Shown one piece after another: positions 8,252-17,684 of a stretch of DNA of 64,000 bases (position 1 is its first letter; each line of letters opens with the position of its first letter). The notes beneath the pieces were generated by a model that searched no databases, was not told the DNA's origin, and saw only the letters and a program-made list of their open reading frames with translations. The DNA comes from a virus: the IMG/VR virus record IMGVR_UViG_3300045988_131721, positions 32,001 to 96,000 of that record; one strand, 5' to 3'. The position numbers were made by a program, and so were the translations under genes.

Positions 8252-9040
8252 ATGTTTGAAAATGAAAGATATAAATTATATCGAGGGGATTGTTTAGAAA
8301 TAATGGATGAATTAATTAGTTTAGGTATAAAATTTGATGCTATAATCACAGACCCTCCTTACGGAAAATTAAATAAAAACAAAACAAAATGGGATAATCC
8401 AATTCCTTATAATAAAATGTGGGAAAGACTTGAAAAGTTAACAAAAGAAACCACACCTATAATATTATTTGGAGCTGAACCATTTAGTAGTGAATTGAGA
8501 TTGAGCAATATTAAAGATTTTAAGTATGATTGGATATGGGAAAAAAGTAATCCTTCAAATATAGGTAATGCCAATAGACAACCATTAAATTATCATGAAA
8601 TTATAAGTGTATTTTATAAAAAGCAATGTAAATACAATAAACAAATGATTCCTAGAAAAAGTAAAAGAATAGAACAGGCACATAAAACAGGTTATGTATT
8701 TCATAATTCAACGAGTGAACAAAACGCATTGGGATATATAGAAGTTAATAGTAGTAAATATAATGCTAATTTAAAAAATCCTAGTACAATATTAAAGTTT
8801 AACTCTTTAAGACCTAATAGCAAAGAATTTGTTAAACATCCTACTCAAAAGCCAGTAACATTGCTTGAGTATCTTGTAAAAACTTATACTGATAAAGGGG
8901 ATTTGGTATTAGACTTTACTATGGGTAGTGGAAGTACAGGTGTAGCCTGTATGAATTTAAATAGAAGATTCGTAGGTATAGAACTTGATGAAAACTATTT
9001 TAACATAGCTAAAAATAGAATAGAAAATATTTCATTATAA
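8252..9040 (+). CDS. DNA methyltransferase, beta-class (N6-adenine or N4-cytosine), orphan
   Basis: Motif IV IITDPPYG is N-terminal. HPTQKPVTLLEYL and motif I LDFTMGSGSTGVA are C-terminal. No adjacent restriction gene. Confidence 0.8.
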   Translation: MFENERYKLYRGDCLEIMDELISLGIKFDAIITDPPYGKLNKNKTKWDNPIPYNKMWERLEKLTKETTPIILFGAEPFSSELRLSNIKDFKYDWIWEKSNPSNIGNANRQPLNYHEIISVFYKKQCKYNKQMIPRKSKRIEQAHKTGYVFHNSTSEQNALGYIEVNSSKYNANLKNPSTILKFNSLRPNSKEFVKHPTQKPVTLLEYLVKTYTDKGDLVLDFTMGSGSTGVACMNLNRRFVGIELDENYFNIAKNRIENISL

Positions 9041-9112
9041 TTTATTTATGCCATTTTAGAGTTTGTCGCAATTTAGTGATATTTTAATATATTTTTATTA
9101 GGAGGAGATATT

Positions 9113-9697
9113 ATGAAAAGATGTATTAAAATTACAGATAGTAATGAAGTGTGTGATAAAGATATAAAATCGGTAACATTCGTTTGTGAAAATTGTGAAG
9201 TTATTAAAATACCGATTGAAAATTTTACAAAATTAAATATATCAAAAGTAGATAATGAATATTATAATTTTGAATGTGTTATTAAGAAAATAGACAATAT
9301 TGAATATCGTTCACTTACAAATGACTTGAGTCCTTTTAATAGATTGTCTATGTCTGATGATATAGTGAGAATTGAATTAGAACTTATAGATGGCACAATA
9401 AAATTAATACGACCTGTTTGGGAAGGAACGGATTTTAATAATTATTGTCAAGAATCATGTTTATTAAAATTTAATAAAATAAAAATAAATATAAATGAAA
9501 AAGTTAAACAAGCTAAAATAAAAAGAAATATAGGAGAAAAAGCTATAAAAATATTAGATTACATTTACCAAGATACAGGTGTGAATTTTTGTAACGATTG
9601 TGTTTATCATGAGGACTGTAAAAAAATGAAACAAAATAAAGACATTGACGTATGTGATGTATTGTATTTTTTATCAAATTCATATGAAAATAATTAA
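9113..9697 (+). CDS. Hypothetical Cys-rich protein
   Basis: 194-aa ORF with RBS AGGAGGAG. C-terminal CNDCVYHEDC motif. Confidence 0.55.
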   Translation: MKRCIKITDSNEVCDKDIKSVTFVCENCEVIKIPIENFTKLNISKVDNEYYNFECVIKKIDNIEYRSLTNDLSPFNRLSMSDDIVRIELELIDGTIKLIRPVWEGTDFNNYCQESCLLKFNKIKININEKVKQAKIKRNIGEKAIKILDYIYQDTGVNFCNDCVYHEDCKKMKQNKDIDVCDVLYFLSNSYENN

Positions 9698-9750
9698 TAA
9701 AATGCATTGACAAATAACATAGCTGTGATATACTTATTTGTATAAGGAGG
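9687..9750 (+). promoter_or_regulatory. Class I sigma-A-type promoter
   Basis: AATAATTAATAAA 9689-9701, TTGACA 9707-9712, 16-nt spacer, TGATATACT with TATACT at 9729-9734. Followed by an RBS and a 5-codon ORF (9758-9775). Confidence 0.65.
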
Positions 9751-9777
9751 AGATAATATGAAATATAAATTTTAAAT

Positions 9778-9837
9778 CATAGGTAATTTTAACAACAGTT
9801 TTGATAATACTATAATAAGAAGGTGATTAAAATGTAA
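9778..9837 (+). promoter_or_regulatory. Class II phage promoter cassette, copy 2, with ATG-TAA start-stop
   Basis: CATAGGTAATTTT, 12 nt, GATAATA, TAATAAGAAGGTGATTAAA, ATG TAA (9832-9837). Confidence 0.55.
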
Positions 9838-9906
9838 ACTTATTGAAATACCTCGACAAAAATAGTAAGGGATTAAAAATAATTAATAAAAGGGAGAGTG
9901 AGAAAT

Positions 9907-10734
9907 ATGAGTAATATAATTGATATAAATAAAGGAAAGAAAGTTGAAACAATTCCCAGTTATGAAGTAGCTAAGATGATGGGAAAAGAACATAAGGAAA
10001 TAATGTGGATGATAGAAGGAAATGAAAAACGTGGGATAGTTGGTATAAAACCGACTATAGAGATAAGTGCAGAATTGCACCTATCTGATTACTTTATAAA
10101 ATCAAGTTACAAAGATAGTATGAATAGAGAAAAATCTTCTTATGAATGTACTAAAATGGGTTGTGAAATGTTAGCAAACAAAATGACAGGTGAAAAAGGT
10201 ATAATATTTACAGCAAAATATGTAAAAAGATTTAATGAGATGGAATCAGCACAAATGCAAACAATAGACACAACAGAATTATCACCTAATCTTCAGTCAT
10301 TCAAAATGTTATTTGATAGTATGGTTGAACAAGAATTAAAACAGAAACAAATGGAAAAAGATATAAAAGGACTTCAAAATTCATTGGATAATATACAAGA
10401 CTTAATATCATTGTCGAAAGATAATTGGAGAGCAGATGTGAAAAATATGGTAAATAAGATAACATATAAAACTGGTATAAATCATAAGGTTGTATATGAT
10501 GAAATATATAAAGAAATAGATAGTAGATTTGGAGTAAATTTAAATACTAGATTAAAAAATAGAAAAAATAATGCTATTAAAAATGGTGTAAGTAAAACAA
10601 AAGCAGATAAAATAAATAAATTAGACATAATAAACGAAGACAAGTTGTTAATTGAGGCAATATTAATCGTAATAAAAGATTTAGCGATTAAATACGGTTT
10701 ATATGAAGAAAATAATTTAATAATAAATATGTAA
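9907..10734 (+). CDS. Rha-family phage regulatory protein
   Basis: IPSYEVAKMMGKEHKEIMWMIEG...YECTKMGCEMLANKMTGEKGIIFTAKYVKRFNEME follows the Phage_pRha pattern. Confidence 0.6.
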   Translation: MSNIIDINKGKKVETIPSYEVAKMMGKEHKEIMWMIEGNEKRGIVGIKPTIEISAELHLSDYFIKSSYKDSMNREKSSYECTKMGCEMLANKMTGEKGIIFTAKYVKRFNEMESAQMQTIDTTELSPNLQSFKMLFDSMVEQELKQKQMEKDIKGLQNSLDNIQDLISLSKDNWRADVKNMVNKITYKTGINHKVVYDEIYKEIDSRFGVNLNTRLKNRKNNAIKNGVSKTKADKINKLDIINEDKLLIEAILIVIKDLAIKYGLYEENNLIINM

Positions 10735-10821
10735 TTAAAAATAATTAATAAAGGGGTTGATTGAAATGGGGTAAAAATAGATAGGATTGGTGAAACAGGA
10801 GTTAATACATTTGGAAGTAAA

Positions 10822-11544
10822 ATGGTGATAATAAGATATAGGACAAATAAAGATATGGATGTTTATTTTCCAAAATATAATTGGACTTTTTATAATACAA
10901 ATTATATTACTTTTAAAAAAGGTGAAATATTTTGCCCATATGAAAGAAGGTTTTGTAGAGTAGGTTATTTAGGAGAAGGAAAATATAAAATGAGTGAAAA
11001 AGGTAAACATACGAGAACTGGGTCTGTTTGGATGAGTATGTTAAATAGATGTTATAATGAAAAACTTCATATAAAACATCCAAGTTATAAAAAATGTCAT
11101 GTTAGTGAAGAATTTCATAATTTTCAAAACTTTGGTGATTGGGATAATGATAACTATTATGAAATTGAAGGTGAAAGAATGCATTTAGATAAAGATATAT
11201 TAATAAAGCATAACAAAATTTATTCACCAGAAACTTGTATATATGTACCACAAACTATAAATGGTTTATTTACCAAACGTGATAAAGGTAGAGGTGAGTC
11301 GTGTATCGGTACAAGTCCTCTTAAAAATGGTAAATATCAAGTGAACTGTTGTTTACTTAATCCAGAAACTGGTAAGTCTAAAAATGAATATTTGGGATTA
11401 TATGAAACGCAAGAAAAAGGATTTGAGATTTATAAATATTATAAAGAGAGAAATATTAAACAAGTTGCTGATTATTACAAAAATATAATTCCACAGGAAT
11501 TATATCAAGCTATGTATTTTTATGAAGTAGAAATTGATGATTAA
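10822..11544 (+). CDS. Homing-endonuclease-like protein, family 1, copy 2 (N-terminus disrupted)
   Basis: Full family-1 block set. The conserved N-terminal segment GVKIDRIGETGVNTFGSK is in frame upstream, but the ATG at 10766 is out of frame by 1 nt in a G4 run. Confidence 0.6.
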   Translation: MVIIRYRTNKDMDVYFPKYNWTFYNTNYITFKKGEIFCPYERRFCRVGYLGEGKYKMSEKGKHTRTGSVWMSMLNRCYNEKLHIKHPSYKKCHVSEEFHNFQNFGDWDNDNYYEIEGERMHLDKDILIKHNKIYSPETCIYVPQTINGLFTKRDKGRGESCIGTSPLKNGKYQVNCCLLNPETGKSKNEYLGLYETQEKGFEIYKYYKERNIKQVADYYKNIIPQELYQAMYFYEVEIDD

Positions 11545-11581
11545 TAAGAAAATAATTAATAAACTTAGGAGGGTGTGTATT

Positions 11582-12724
11582 ATGGAAAAAATAATAAAAT
11601 TCAATACAGAACTAACAGAAGAGTTAGGAGAATATGTTTTAGACGAATTGTTAGACGTATACAACAAAAATAAAGAAATAATAGCTTGTAATGAACGTTT
11701 AAAATACAAAGAAGATTATTTACCTATGTACGACAGGGTTACATTCCTTATAAATAGTCCAGGTGGAAGTTTATACTCTTTCATGCAGATAAAAGATTGG
11801 ATTGAGAAAATAAGAAATGAACAAGGCGTAATATTCGTAAGCCACACATCTTCGATAGCTTATAGTGCAGGATTTTATCTTATGATGTGTATGGATTATA
11901 GATATATGGGTGAATGGTCACAAGTATTATATCATGAATTAGGTATAGGTAATCAAATGAAATTATCAGATTGGAATGCTGAAACAAACAGGATGAATAA
12001 AATCCAAACTAAATTAGATAAATTAGTTACTGATAATTGTGATTTAACACAAGATATATTAGATAGTTATAAAGGGAAAGACCTTATAATGGATTATGAC
12101 GAAGCTTTAGAATATGGAATAGTCAAAGAAGAACCTAGCGAAGAGGAACGATTAGCAAAAGCATTAGAAGATATGGATAAAGAAGATATGACAGAATCAG
12201 AATGGAACGCTTTTATGGAAGAGATGAAATCGTATGTAAATATCATACCAGACGAACCTAAACCTTCAGAAAAAGAAATACAAGATAAAATAAAAGAAAT
12301 AGAGGGAGATACAGAGCCAGATATGACATTAGGGGAAGCTGTTAAAGAGGTATTAGGCGAAGACTTTAGATGTAATGAAGAAGTTGAATGTGATGAGTTT
12401 GAAAATAGATGTTGTTATATGTGTGAGAACTTTGATGAATGTGATAGATTATGCGGATATGCAGAAAGAGCAGAGATGTGTGAACATATGGAGAATAAAT
12501 TAGATGAATTAGATAATGAATGTAAATGTGAAGTACCTTGTGAAGAAAATAAACAAGAAGATATAAAAGAATGTGAGGAACCAACTGAATGTGGGTTACA
12601 TCGTGGAACTAATATTTGTTGCCATTTCTGTCCAGACTTTAATAAATGTACAGACTTTCATAAATGTGCAGGCACTGATGACGTCTTTGATTGTGAATAT
12701 TTTAGAGAAGAATCGGAGGATTAA
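11582..12724 (+). CDS. ClpP/S14-like serine protease domain fused to an acidic, Cys-rich C-terminal tail
   Basis: FLINSPGGSLYS, SIAYSAGFYL and VLYHELG resemble the ClpP Ser/His regions. The last ~115 aa carry 19 Cys, including the repeat CCYMCENFDEC / CCHFCPDFNKC. Confidence 0.6.
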   Translation: MEKIIKFNTELTEELGEYVLDELLDVYNKNKEIIACNERLKYKEDYLPMYDRVTFLINSPGGSLYSFMQIKDWIEKIRNEQGVIFVSHTSSIAYSAGFYLMMCMDYRYMGEWSQVLYHELGIGNQMKLSDWNAETNRMNKIQTKLDKLVTDNCDLTQDILDSYKGKDLIMDYDEALEYGIVKEEPSEEERLAKALEDMDKEDMTESEWNAFMEEMKSYVNIIPDEPKPSEKEIQDKIKEIEGDTEPDMTLGEAVKEVLGEDFRCNEEVECDEFENRCCYMCENFDECDRLCGYAERAEMCEHMENKLDELDNECKCEVPCEENKQEDIKECEEPTECGLHRGTNICCHFCPDFNKCTDFHKCAGTDDVFDCEYFREESED

Positions 12725-12726
12725 TA

Positions 12727-13143
12727 ATGAAAGTGCTAGGCGTAGATGGTGACGTAAATTTGATTATGGGGATTAGTTTAATTGAAGATGAAAAGTTAAT
12801 TAAATTTGAAATAGTGCAAGGTTTGGATGAAGTTATGAAATTAATAAATAAAGAGAATGTTGATTTGGTTAAAGTAAATACAGTAGGATTCTGGCAAGTG
12901 ATTTATAAAAAAATAACTTATGAAGTTGGAACGAATGCAATAGTAAAATGCGTAAAGATTAATAGAGAAGAAGAACATAAAGGAATTGAAAAAATAATAA
13001 AAATAGATTTGTGGGATTTAATACAAAATAATATTCAAATAGATTATTCTGGAAAATTTAAAATTAAAATAAATACCATGAATTATAAAGACGTAACTAA
13101 AATAATGAGTTTAATAACGGCATTATCGGAAAATTACTATTAA
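12727..13143 (+). CDS. Hypothetical protein
   Basis: 138-aa ORF with RBS GGAGGA. Only the N-terminus MKVLGVDGD is faintly RuvC/RNase-H-like, which is not enough for a call. Confidence 0.55.
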   Translation: MKVLGVDGDVNLIMGISLIEDEKLIKFEIVQGLDEVMKLINKENVDLVKVNTVGFWQVIYKKITYEVGTNAIVKCVKINREEEHKGIEKIIKIDLWDLIQNNIQIDYSGKFKIKINTMNYKDVTKIMSLITALSENYY

Positions 13144-13209
13144 AATAATTAATAAATTTTATAATACAAAGAGGGAGGAATCAATCCTCCTAGAAAGGAG
13201 AATAAAGAT

Positions 13210-13341
13210 ATGAGTAAATATTGTATTCATTGTGGAAAGAAATTAAAAAATGGAGAGCTAAGTTATTGCGAAAGTTGCTATGAAGAATTGAGAACTAAAG
13301 GAATGTTTACAACTGAAAAAGAAAAAATATCAAAGAAGTAG
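13210..13341 (+). CDS. Zinc-ribbon peptide (43 aa)
   Basis: CIHCG...CESC. RBS AAAGGAG. Preceded by a GGAGGA-ATCAA-TCCTCC hairpin. Confidence 0.45.
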   Translation: MSKYCIHCGKKLKNGELSYCESCYEELRTKGMFTTEKEKISKK

Positions 13342-13413
13342 TTATATACTATAAAGATAAAGTGTCAGAAAGATTTATTAATAGCATACAAAACTATAAA
13401 GGAGAGATAAAGC

Positions 13414-15300
13414 ATGAATAGACATTGCAAAGTTTGTGGTCGAAAGTTAACTGATGGAGATAATATAAAAAGGGAATTATGTAATAAGCATTATTTACAG
13501 ATAAAAAAGTATGGATTTAATTTAGATGATAATCAAAGAAACGAATATGATTTAAATGAATATGAAATAAAAGGCAACATGGCTTATTTGAAATTATATG
13601 ACAATTTTCAAGAGGAATTAAATGAGAAAGCAATTATAGATGATTGTACAGTTGAATTAATAAATAAATATAGATGGGATAAAAATAGAACGTGTATAAC
13701 AACAAATATAAATGGTAAAATAATACCTCTTGAAAATTATATTCTTAATACTAATGAAAAGGTTAATTTTAAAAATGGAAATAATTTAGATTTTAGATTA
13801 AATAATTTAATGGTAATTCACAAAGATGTAAAAGATAAAAAAATAGACAAAAGAAAAAAAGGTAAAATTGATATAATAAGTTATGGATTTTCAAGTCAAC
13901 AAGTTACAGGAAGTAGTTGGGGAGTTTATTATGATAATATTAAAGAAAATAAAAGAGATATGTTACTTATTGAATGTGGGTTAGTACAAGGTAAAGATGT
14001 AGTTACCGATTATAACAATAATAAAAAAATGATTTCTAATATACCGTTTGAAAGATGTGGGCAAATGATATTTTCACACTGTCATCTTGACCACTTAATG
14101 AATGCTGTAGCATCAATAAAAAAAGGATTTAATGGTATAGTATATATGACTAAAACTCAAAGAATATTAGCTGAAAAATTATTGTTAGATGGTGCTTATA
14201 TTCATGAAAGAAATGTAAAAGAATTAAAAAATAAAGGTAAATCACCAGAATTATTTTATGATGAGTCTTCAGTATATTTATTTTTAAATAAAGTTAAAAT
14301 TGTAGAAATGAATGAAAAAATAAAAATCAATAATAATATTACATTTAGATTTAGAAATAACTCTCATGTATTAGGTGCTACTCAAATTGAATTATGGATT
14401 ACTAAGCCTAATAATCAAATAAAACATATTTTATATACAGGTGATTTAGGTACAAATCACAATTTTGAATTCCAACCTTTTCTAAAACAAAATGAGATAA
14501 TCAAGTCATGTGACTTAGCATTATTTGAAAGTACATACTCAGATATAAAAAGAAGTTTTACTAAAAAAGATTGTATAATAGAAAGAGAAGATTTTAAAAA
14601 TACATTATTAGAAACTATAAAAAACAAGTCAAGATGTTTAGTACCGACTTTCTCTTTTAGCAGAGGACAAATGTTAATGTGTTGGATTTATGATTGGTTT
14701 AAGGATTTAGAAGATAATTTTCAAGTTATAATAGATAGTAAACTTTTCCAAGAAATTAATAATGCATATACTCAAATATTAGAAGATGAAGAATTAGAAT
14801 ATTGGTCAACAGTTATTTCATGGGATAAATTTAAATTTGTTGGAGATTATGAAGAAACATTAGAATTATCTACTAAAAACGATGGTATACCAAGAATAAT
14901 TTTATCTTCTTCCGGATTTATGGAGGCTGGTAGGGTAAGAACTTGGGCAAGTAAAATACTAAATAATAAAGATGATACAATATGTTTTGTTGGTTATTCA
15001 TCGGCAAATAGTCTTGCAAATAAAATACAAAATCAAAAAGAAGACGTATTTATTATAGATGGTATAAAATGTATTAGGAGATGTAATATAAAAATATACA
15101 GAACATTTTCATCTCATATACAATATGATGAACTTTTAGATTATTTTTATAGATTAAAAACAAACAAAATAATACTTCATCATGGTGAATTAGATTCAAA
15201 AAATGAATTTAAAAAATATGCTACAAAATTATTAAGAGAAAAAGGAATAACTACTAAAATAATATGTACAGATAAAGATAATACTGAATTTAGTTTATAG
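13414..15300 (+). CDS. Metallo-beta-lactamase-fold nuclease (beta-CASP-like) with N-terminal zinc finger and degenerate HNH-like segment
   Basis: HxHxDH motif FSHCHLDH, later GDLG, ESTYSD, PTFSFSRGQ and LHHGE. N-terminus CKVCG...CNKH, and YILNTNEKVNFKNGNNLDFRLNNL resembling HNH_3 without the His. Confidence 0.65.
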   Translation: MNRHCKVCGRKLTDGDNIKRELCNKHYLQIKKYGFNLDDNQRNEYDLNEYEIKGNMAYLKLYDNFQEELNEKAIIDDCTVELINKYRWDKNRTCITTNINGKIIPLENYILNTNEKVNFKNGNNLDFRLNNLMVIHKDVKDKKIDKRKKGKIDIISYGFSSQQVTGSSWGVYYDNIKENKRDMLLIECGLVQGKDVVTDYNNNKKMISNIPFERCGQMIFSHCHLDHLMNAVASIKKGFNGIVYMTKTQRILAEKLLLDGAYIHERNVKELKNKGKSPELFYDESSVYLFLNKVKIVEMNEKIKINNNITFRFRNNSHVLGATQIELWITKPNNQIKHILYTGDLGTNHNFEFQPFLKQNEIIKSCDLALFESTYSDIKRSFTKKDCIIEREDFKNTLLETIKNKSRCLVPTFSFSRGQMLMCWIYDWFKDLEDNFQVIIDSKLFQEINNAYTQILEDEELEYWSTVISWDKFKFVGDYEETLELSTKNDGIPRIILSSSGFMEAGRVRTWASKILNNKDDTICFVGYSSANSLANKIQNQKEDVFIIDGIKCIRRCNIKIYRTFSSHIQYDELLDYFYRLKTNKIILHHGELDSKNEFKKYATKLLREKGITTKIICTDKDNTEFSL

Positions 15301-15328
15301 GTAATAATTGTGGAGGACGTGGTAATAT

Positions 15329-16804
15329 ATGTATTATAATGAGGAACATAAAAATATTGTAGAGAAAAGAGGTGATGGTTATACCTATATCGGGAGTTAT
15401 AAATGTAACGAAGTAACATTAGATGGCAAAAATAAAAATGGCAAACAAAATTATATAAGAGTAAAATGTCCGTATTGTGGTAGTGAGTATGACATAAAGT
15501 TAAGTAGTTTTAAATCGGGTAGTCAATGTGCTAATTGTTGTAATAAATATGAAAACTCGTTTGCTTATCATATTCAAATTGAATTAGAAGAATCCCTTAA
15601 TAAATATTGGGATTGGAGCAATAATGAAGAAAATCCATATTTAATATATAAAAATAGTACTAAAAAAGTTAATATAAAATGTACTAAAATTAATTATCAT
15701 GGTGATTATATTATCACACCTAATAGTTTTTATAGAGGCACAAGATGTCCGTATTGTGTTGGTAAAAAAGTTCATCCTAAAGATTCATTTGGTCAATGGT
15801 TGATTGCCACTTATGGAGATAATGCAATAGAAAAATATTGGTCACCTAAAAATATAGTTGACCCATTTGAAATTTCACCACAAAGTAATAAAAAAGTTTG
15901 GATATTATGTCAAGAAAAAGACTATCATAATGATAATGGTGGATATTTGGTAATCCCGTATAGTTTTTATAGAGGCACAAGATGTCCTTATTGTAGTCGT
16001 ACAAATGGTAAAGTGCATCCAAAAGATAGTTTCGGGCAATGGTTGATAAATGTATTCGGCGAAGATGCGATAGATAAATATTGGTCATCTAAAAATAATG
16101 TTAACCCATTTGAAATAGCTCCAAATACTCATAGAAAAATTTGGATACTGTGTCAAGATAAAAATTATCATAATAATGAAGGAGGTTATAAAACGACAGC
16201 CGAAAAATTTCATCATGGTAGAAGATGTCCATATTGCAATAAAAATAGTGGTAAAGTACATCATAAAGATAGTTTTGGTTCGCTATATCCAGAAAAGGCT
16301 AAGTATTGGAGTAAGAATAATAAAAAGTCATCTTTTGAGATAAGTCCTAAAAGCAATCGAAAACATAAATTCATATGTGAAAAATGTGGTGAAGAATTTG
16401 AAAGAAGTTTAGATAATTTAAATGTAAAAGATTTAGGTGTAGTTTGCAATGATTGTAGAAGTTCACAATTAGAGCAGTTAACAAAAGAAATATTAGACAA
16501 ATACTACATAAAATATTACAGAGAATATAGTTATTCGGACTTAATAGGTGTAGGTAATGGATATTTGAGATTTGACTTCTATTTACCAGATTATAATACT
16601 CTAATTGAATGTCAAGGACAGCAACATGAAGAATGGATAGAGACATGGATAACAAAAGATAATTTTGAGTTGATAAAAATACATGACCAACGTAAGAAGG
16701 ATTATTGTAAAAGGAATGGAATAAAACTAATAGAAATATGGTATTATGAAATAAATGATGTAGAAGAAATTATAAAGAAAGAATTAAATCTAGAAAATAA
16801 TTAA
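15329..16804 (+). CDS. Homing-endonuclease-like protein, family 2 (repeated treble-clef zinc ribbons plus C-terminal Vsr/PD-(D/E)XK-like nuclease)
   Basis: Four or more repeats of KDSFG...YWS.KN...PFEISP.S..K.W..C....YH.....RCPYC. C-terminus LRFDFYLPDYNTLIECQGQQH. Paralog of 19999-21252. Confidence 0.6.
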   Translation: MYYNEEHKNIVEKRGDGYTYIGSYKCNEVTLDGKNKNGKQNYIRVKCPYCGSEYDIKLSSFKSGSQCANCCNKYENSFAYHIQIELEESLNKYWDWSNNEENPYLIYKNSTKKVNIKCTKINYHGDYIITPNSFYRGTRCPYCVGKKVHPKDSFGQWLIATYGDNAIEKYWSPKNIVDPFEISPQSNKKVWILCQEKDYHNDNGGYLVIPYSFYRGTRCPYCSRTNGKVHPKDSFGQWLINVFGEDAIDKYWSSKNNVNPFEIAPNTHRKIWILCQDKNYHNNEGGYKTTAEKFHHGRRCPYCNKNSGKVHHKDSFGSLYPEKAKYWSKNNKKSSFEISPKSNRKHKFICEKCGEEFERSLDNLNVKDLGVVCNDCRSSQLEQLTKEILDKYYIKYYREYSYSDLIGVGNGYLRFDFYLPDYNTLIECQGQQHEEWIETWITKDNFELIKIHDQRKKDYCKRNGIKLIEIWYYEINDVEEIIKKELNLENN

Positions 16805-16856
16805 TAAACCTATTGACAAATAATTTGGTTATGATATAATGTATTTATAGGAAGGT
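16794..16856 (+). promoter_or_regulatory. Class I sigma-A-type promoter
   Basis: AATAATTAATAAA 16796-16808, TTGACA 16813-16818, 16-nt spacer, TGATATAAT with TATAAT at 16835-16840. Confidence 0.75.
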
Positions 16857-16863
16857 GATAAAA

Positions 16864-17025
16864 ATGAAAAAGATAAAATTTACATTGAAAGGCGAAGAAT
16901 TCAATAAAGTAGGTAAAATAGAGAACATACATGAACATCTACAAGAAGTTAAAAGAGGCACTGGAATAAAGAAAAGTAAAAAAACTTATACTAGAAAAGA
17001 TAAACATAAAAAGAAATTATATTAA
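16864..17025 (+). CDS. Small basic protein (53 aa)
   Basis: RBS GGAAGGTGA. Lys-rich C-terminus. Confidence 0.45.
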   Translation: MKKIKFTLKGEEFNKVGKIENIHEHLQEVKRGTGIKKSKKTYTRKDKHKKKLY

Positions 17026-17037
17026 GGAAGTGTTGAT

Positions 17038-17205
17038 ATGAGTATAGAAGAATTAAAAGATTTATTACATAAGTTAGACTCTAATGAAGTATGTGAGTTA
17101 TTATCTAATAAACAATGTGAGAAGTGCTTTTGTTACACCAAAGAAAAAGAATGTATCATTAAAATATTTAGCGAGGGAATGTTAAATGAAATAGGAAGTA
17201 AATAA
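17038..17205 (+). CDS. Small Cys-motif protein (55 aa)
   Basis: RBS AAGGAAG. Contains CEKCFCYTKEKEC. Confidence 0.45.
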   Translation: MSIEELKDLLHKLDSNEVCELLSNKQCEKCFCYTKEKECIIKIFSEGMLNEIGSK

Positions 17206-17235
17206 AAATAATTAATAAAAAGGAGAAATATTAAT

Positions 17236-17412
17236 ATGATAAAATTAATAACTAATGGTAGTTTAAAAGTAGTGAAAGTTTATAACACAATGTACTCTGC
17301 AAGAATGGATTTGAGACAAAGAAATGCAGAAAAATACTTAGTTGAATATTGTGATAAAATATATGGTATCAATAGATTCTTAGCATTAATAGAAGGAGGT
17401 GAAGAGAAATGA
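17236..17412 (+). CDS. Hypothetical small protein (58 aa)
   Basis: RBS AAAGGAGAA. Its stop overlaps the next start (ATGA). Confidence 0.45.
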   Translation: MIKLITNGSLKVVKVYNTMYSARMDLRQRNAEKYLVEYCDKIYGINRFLALIEGGEEK

Positions 17413-17558
17413 ATTTAAAAGATTTGATTATAAGATGTATTATTATAATCTTATCTCTAGTATTAATTTTTCGAGTAGAATTTGTAACTCCTTATGTAGT
17501 AGTTTTAGTATCATTAATAATAGGAGAGATAATATATAGTTTAAGATATAAAAAATAA
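17409..17558 (+). CDS. Small membrane protein (49 aa)
   Basis: Two hydrophobic segments. Translationally coupled to the upstream ORF. Confidence 0.4.
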   Translation: MNLKDLIIRCIIIILSLVLIFRVEFVTPYVVVLVSLIIGEIIYSLRYKK

Positions 17559-17563
17559 TAATT

Positions 17564-17624
17564 CATAGGTAATTTTATATGTGGTTATGTTAATATACTA
17601 ATATAAGAGGTGATTAAAATGTAA
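17564..17624 (+). promoter_or_regulatory. Class II phage promoter cassette, copy 3, with ATG-TAA start-stop
   Basis: CATAGGTAATTTT, 12 nt, GTTAATA, TAC, TAATATAAGAGGTGATTAAA, ATG TAA (17619-17624). Confidence 0.55.
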
Positions 17625-17684
17625 AATATATGAAGTGCCAAAATAAAATATTAATAAAAATAATTAATAAAGGTGGTGGTGATT

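Noticed and set aside
12727-13143. RuvC/RNase-H-fold resolvase call for the 138-aa ORF.
   Set aside because: Only the N-terminal MKVLGVDGD resembles the first RuvC motif. The other catalytic acidic residues cannot be placed by eye, and RecU already supplies a resolvase.
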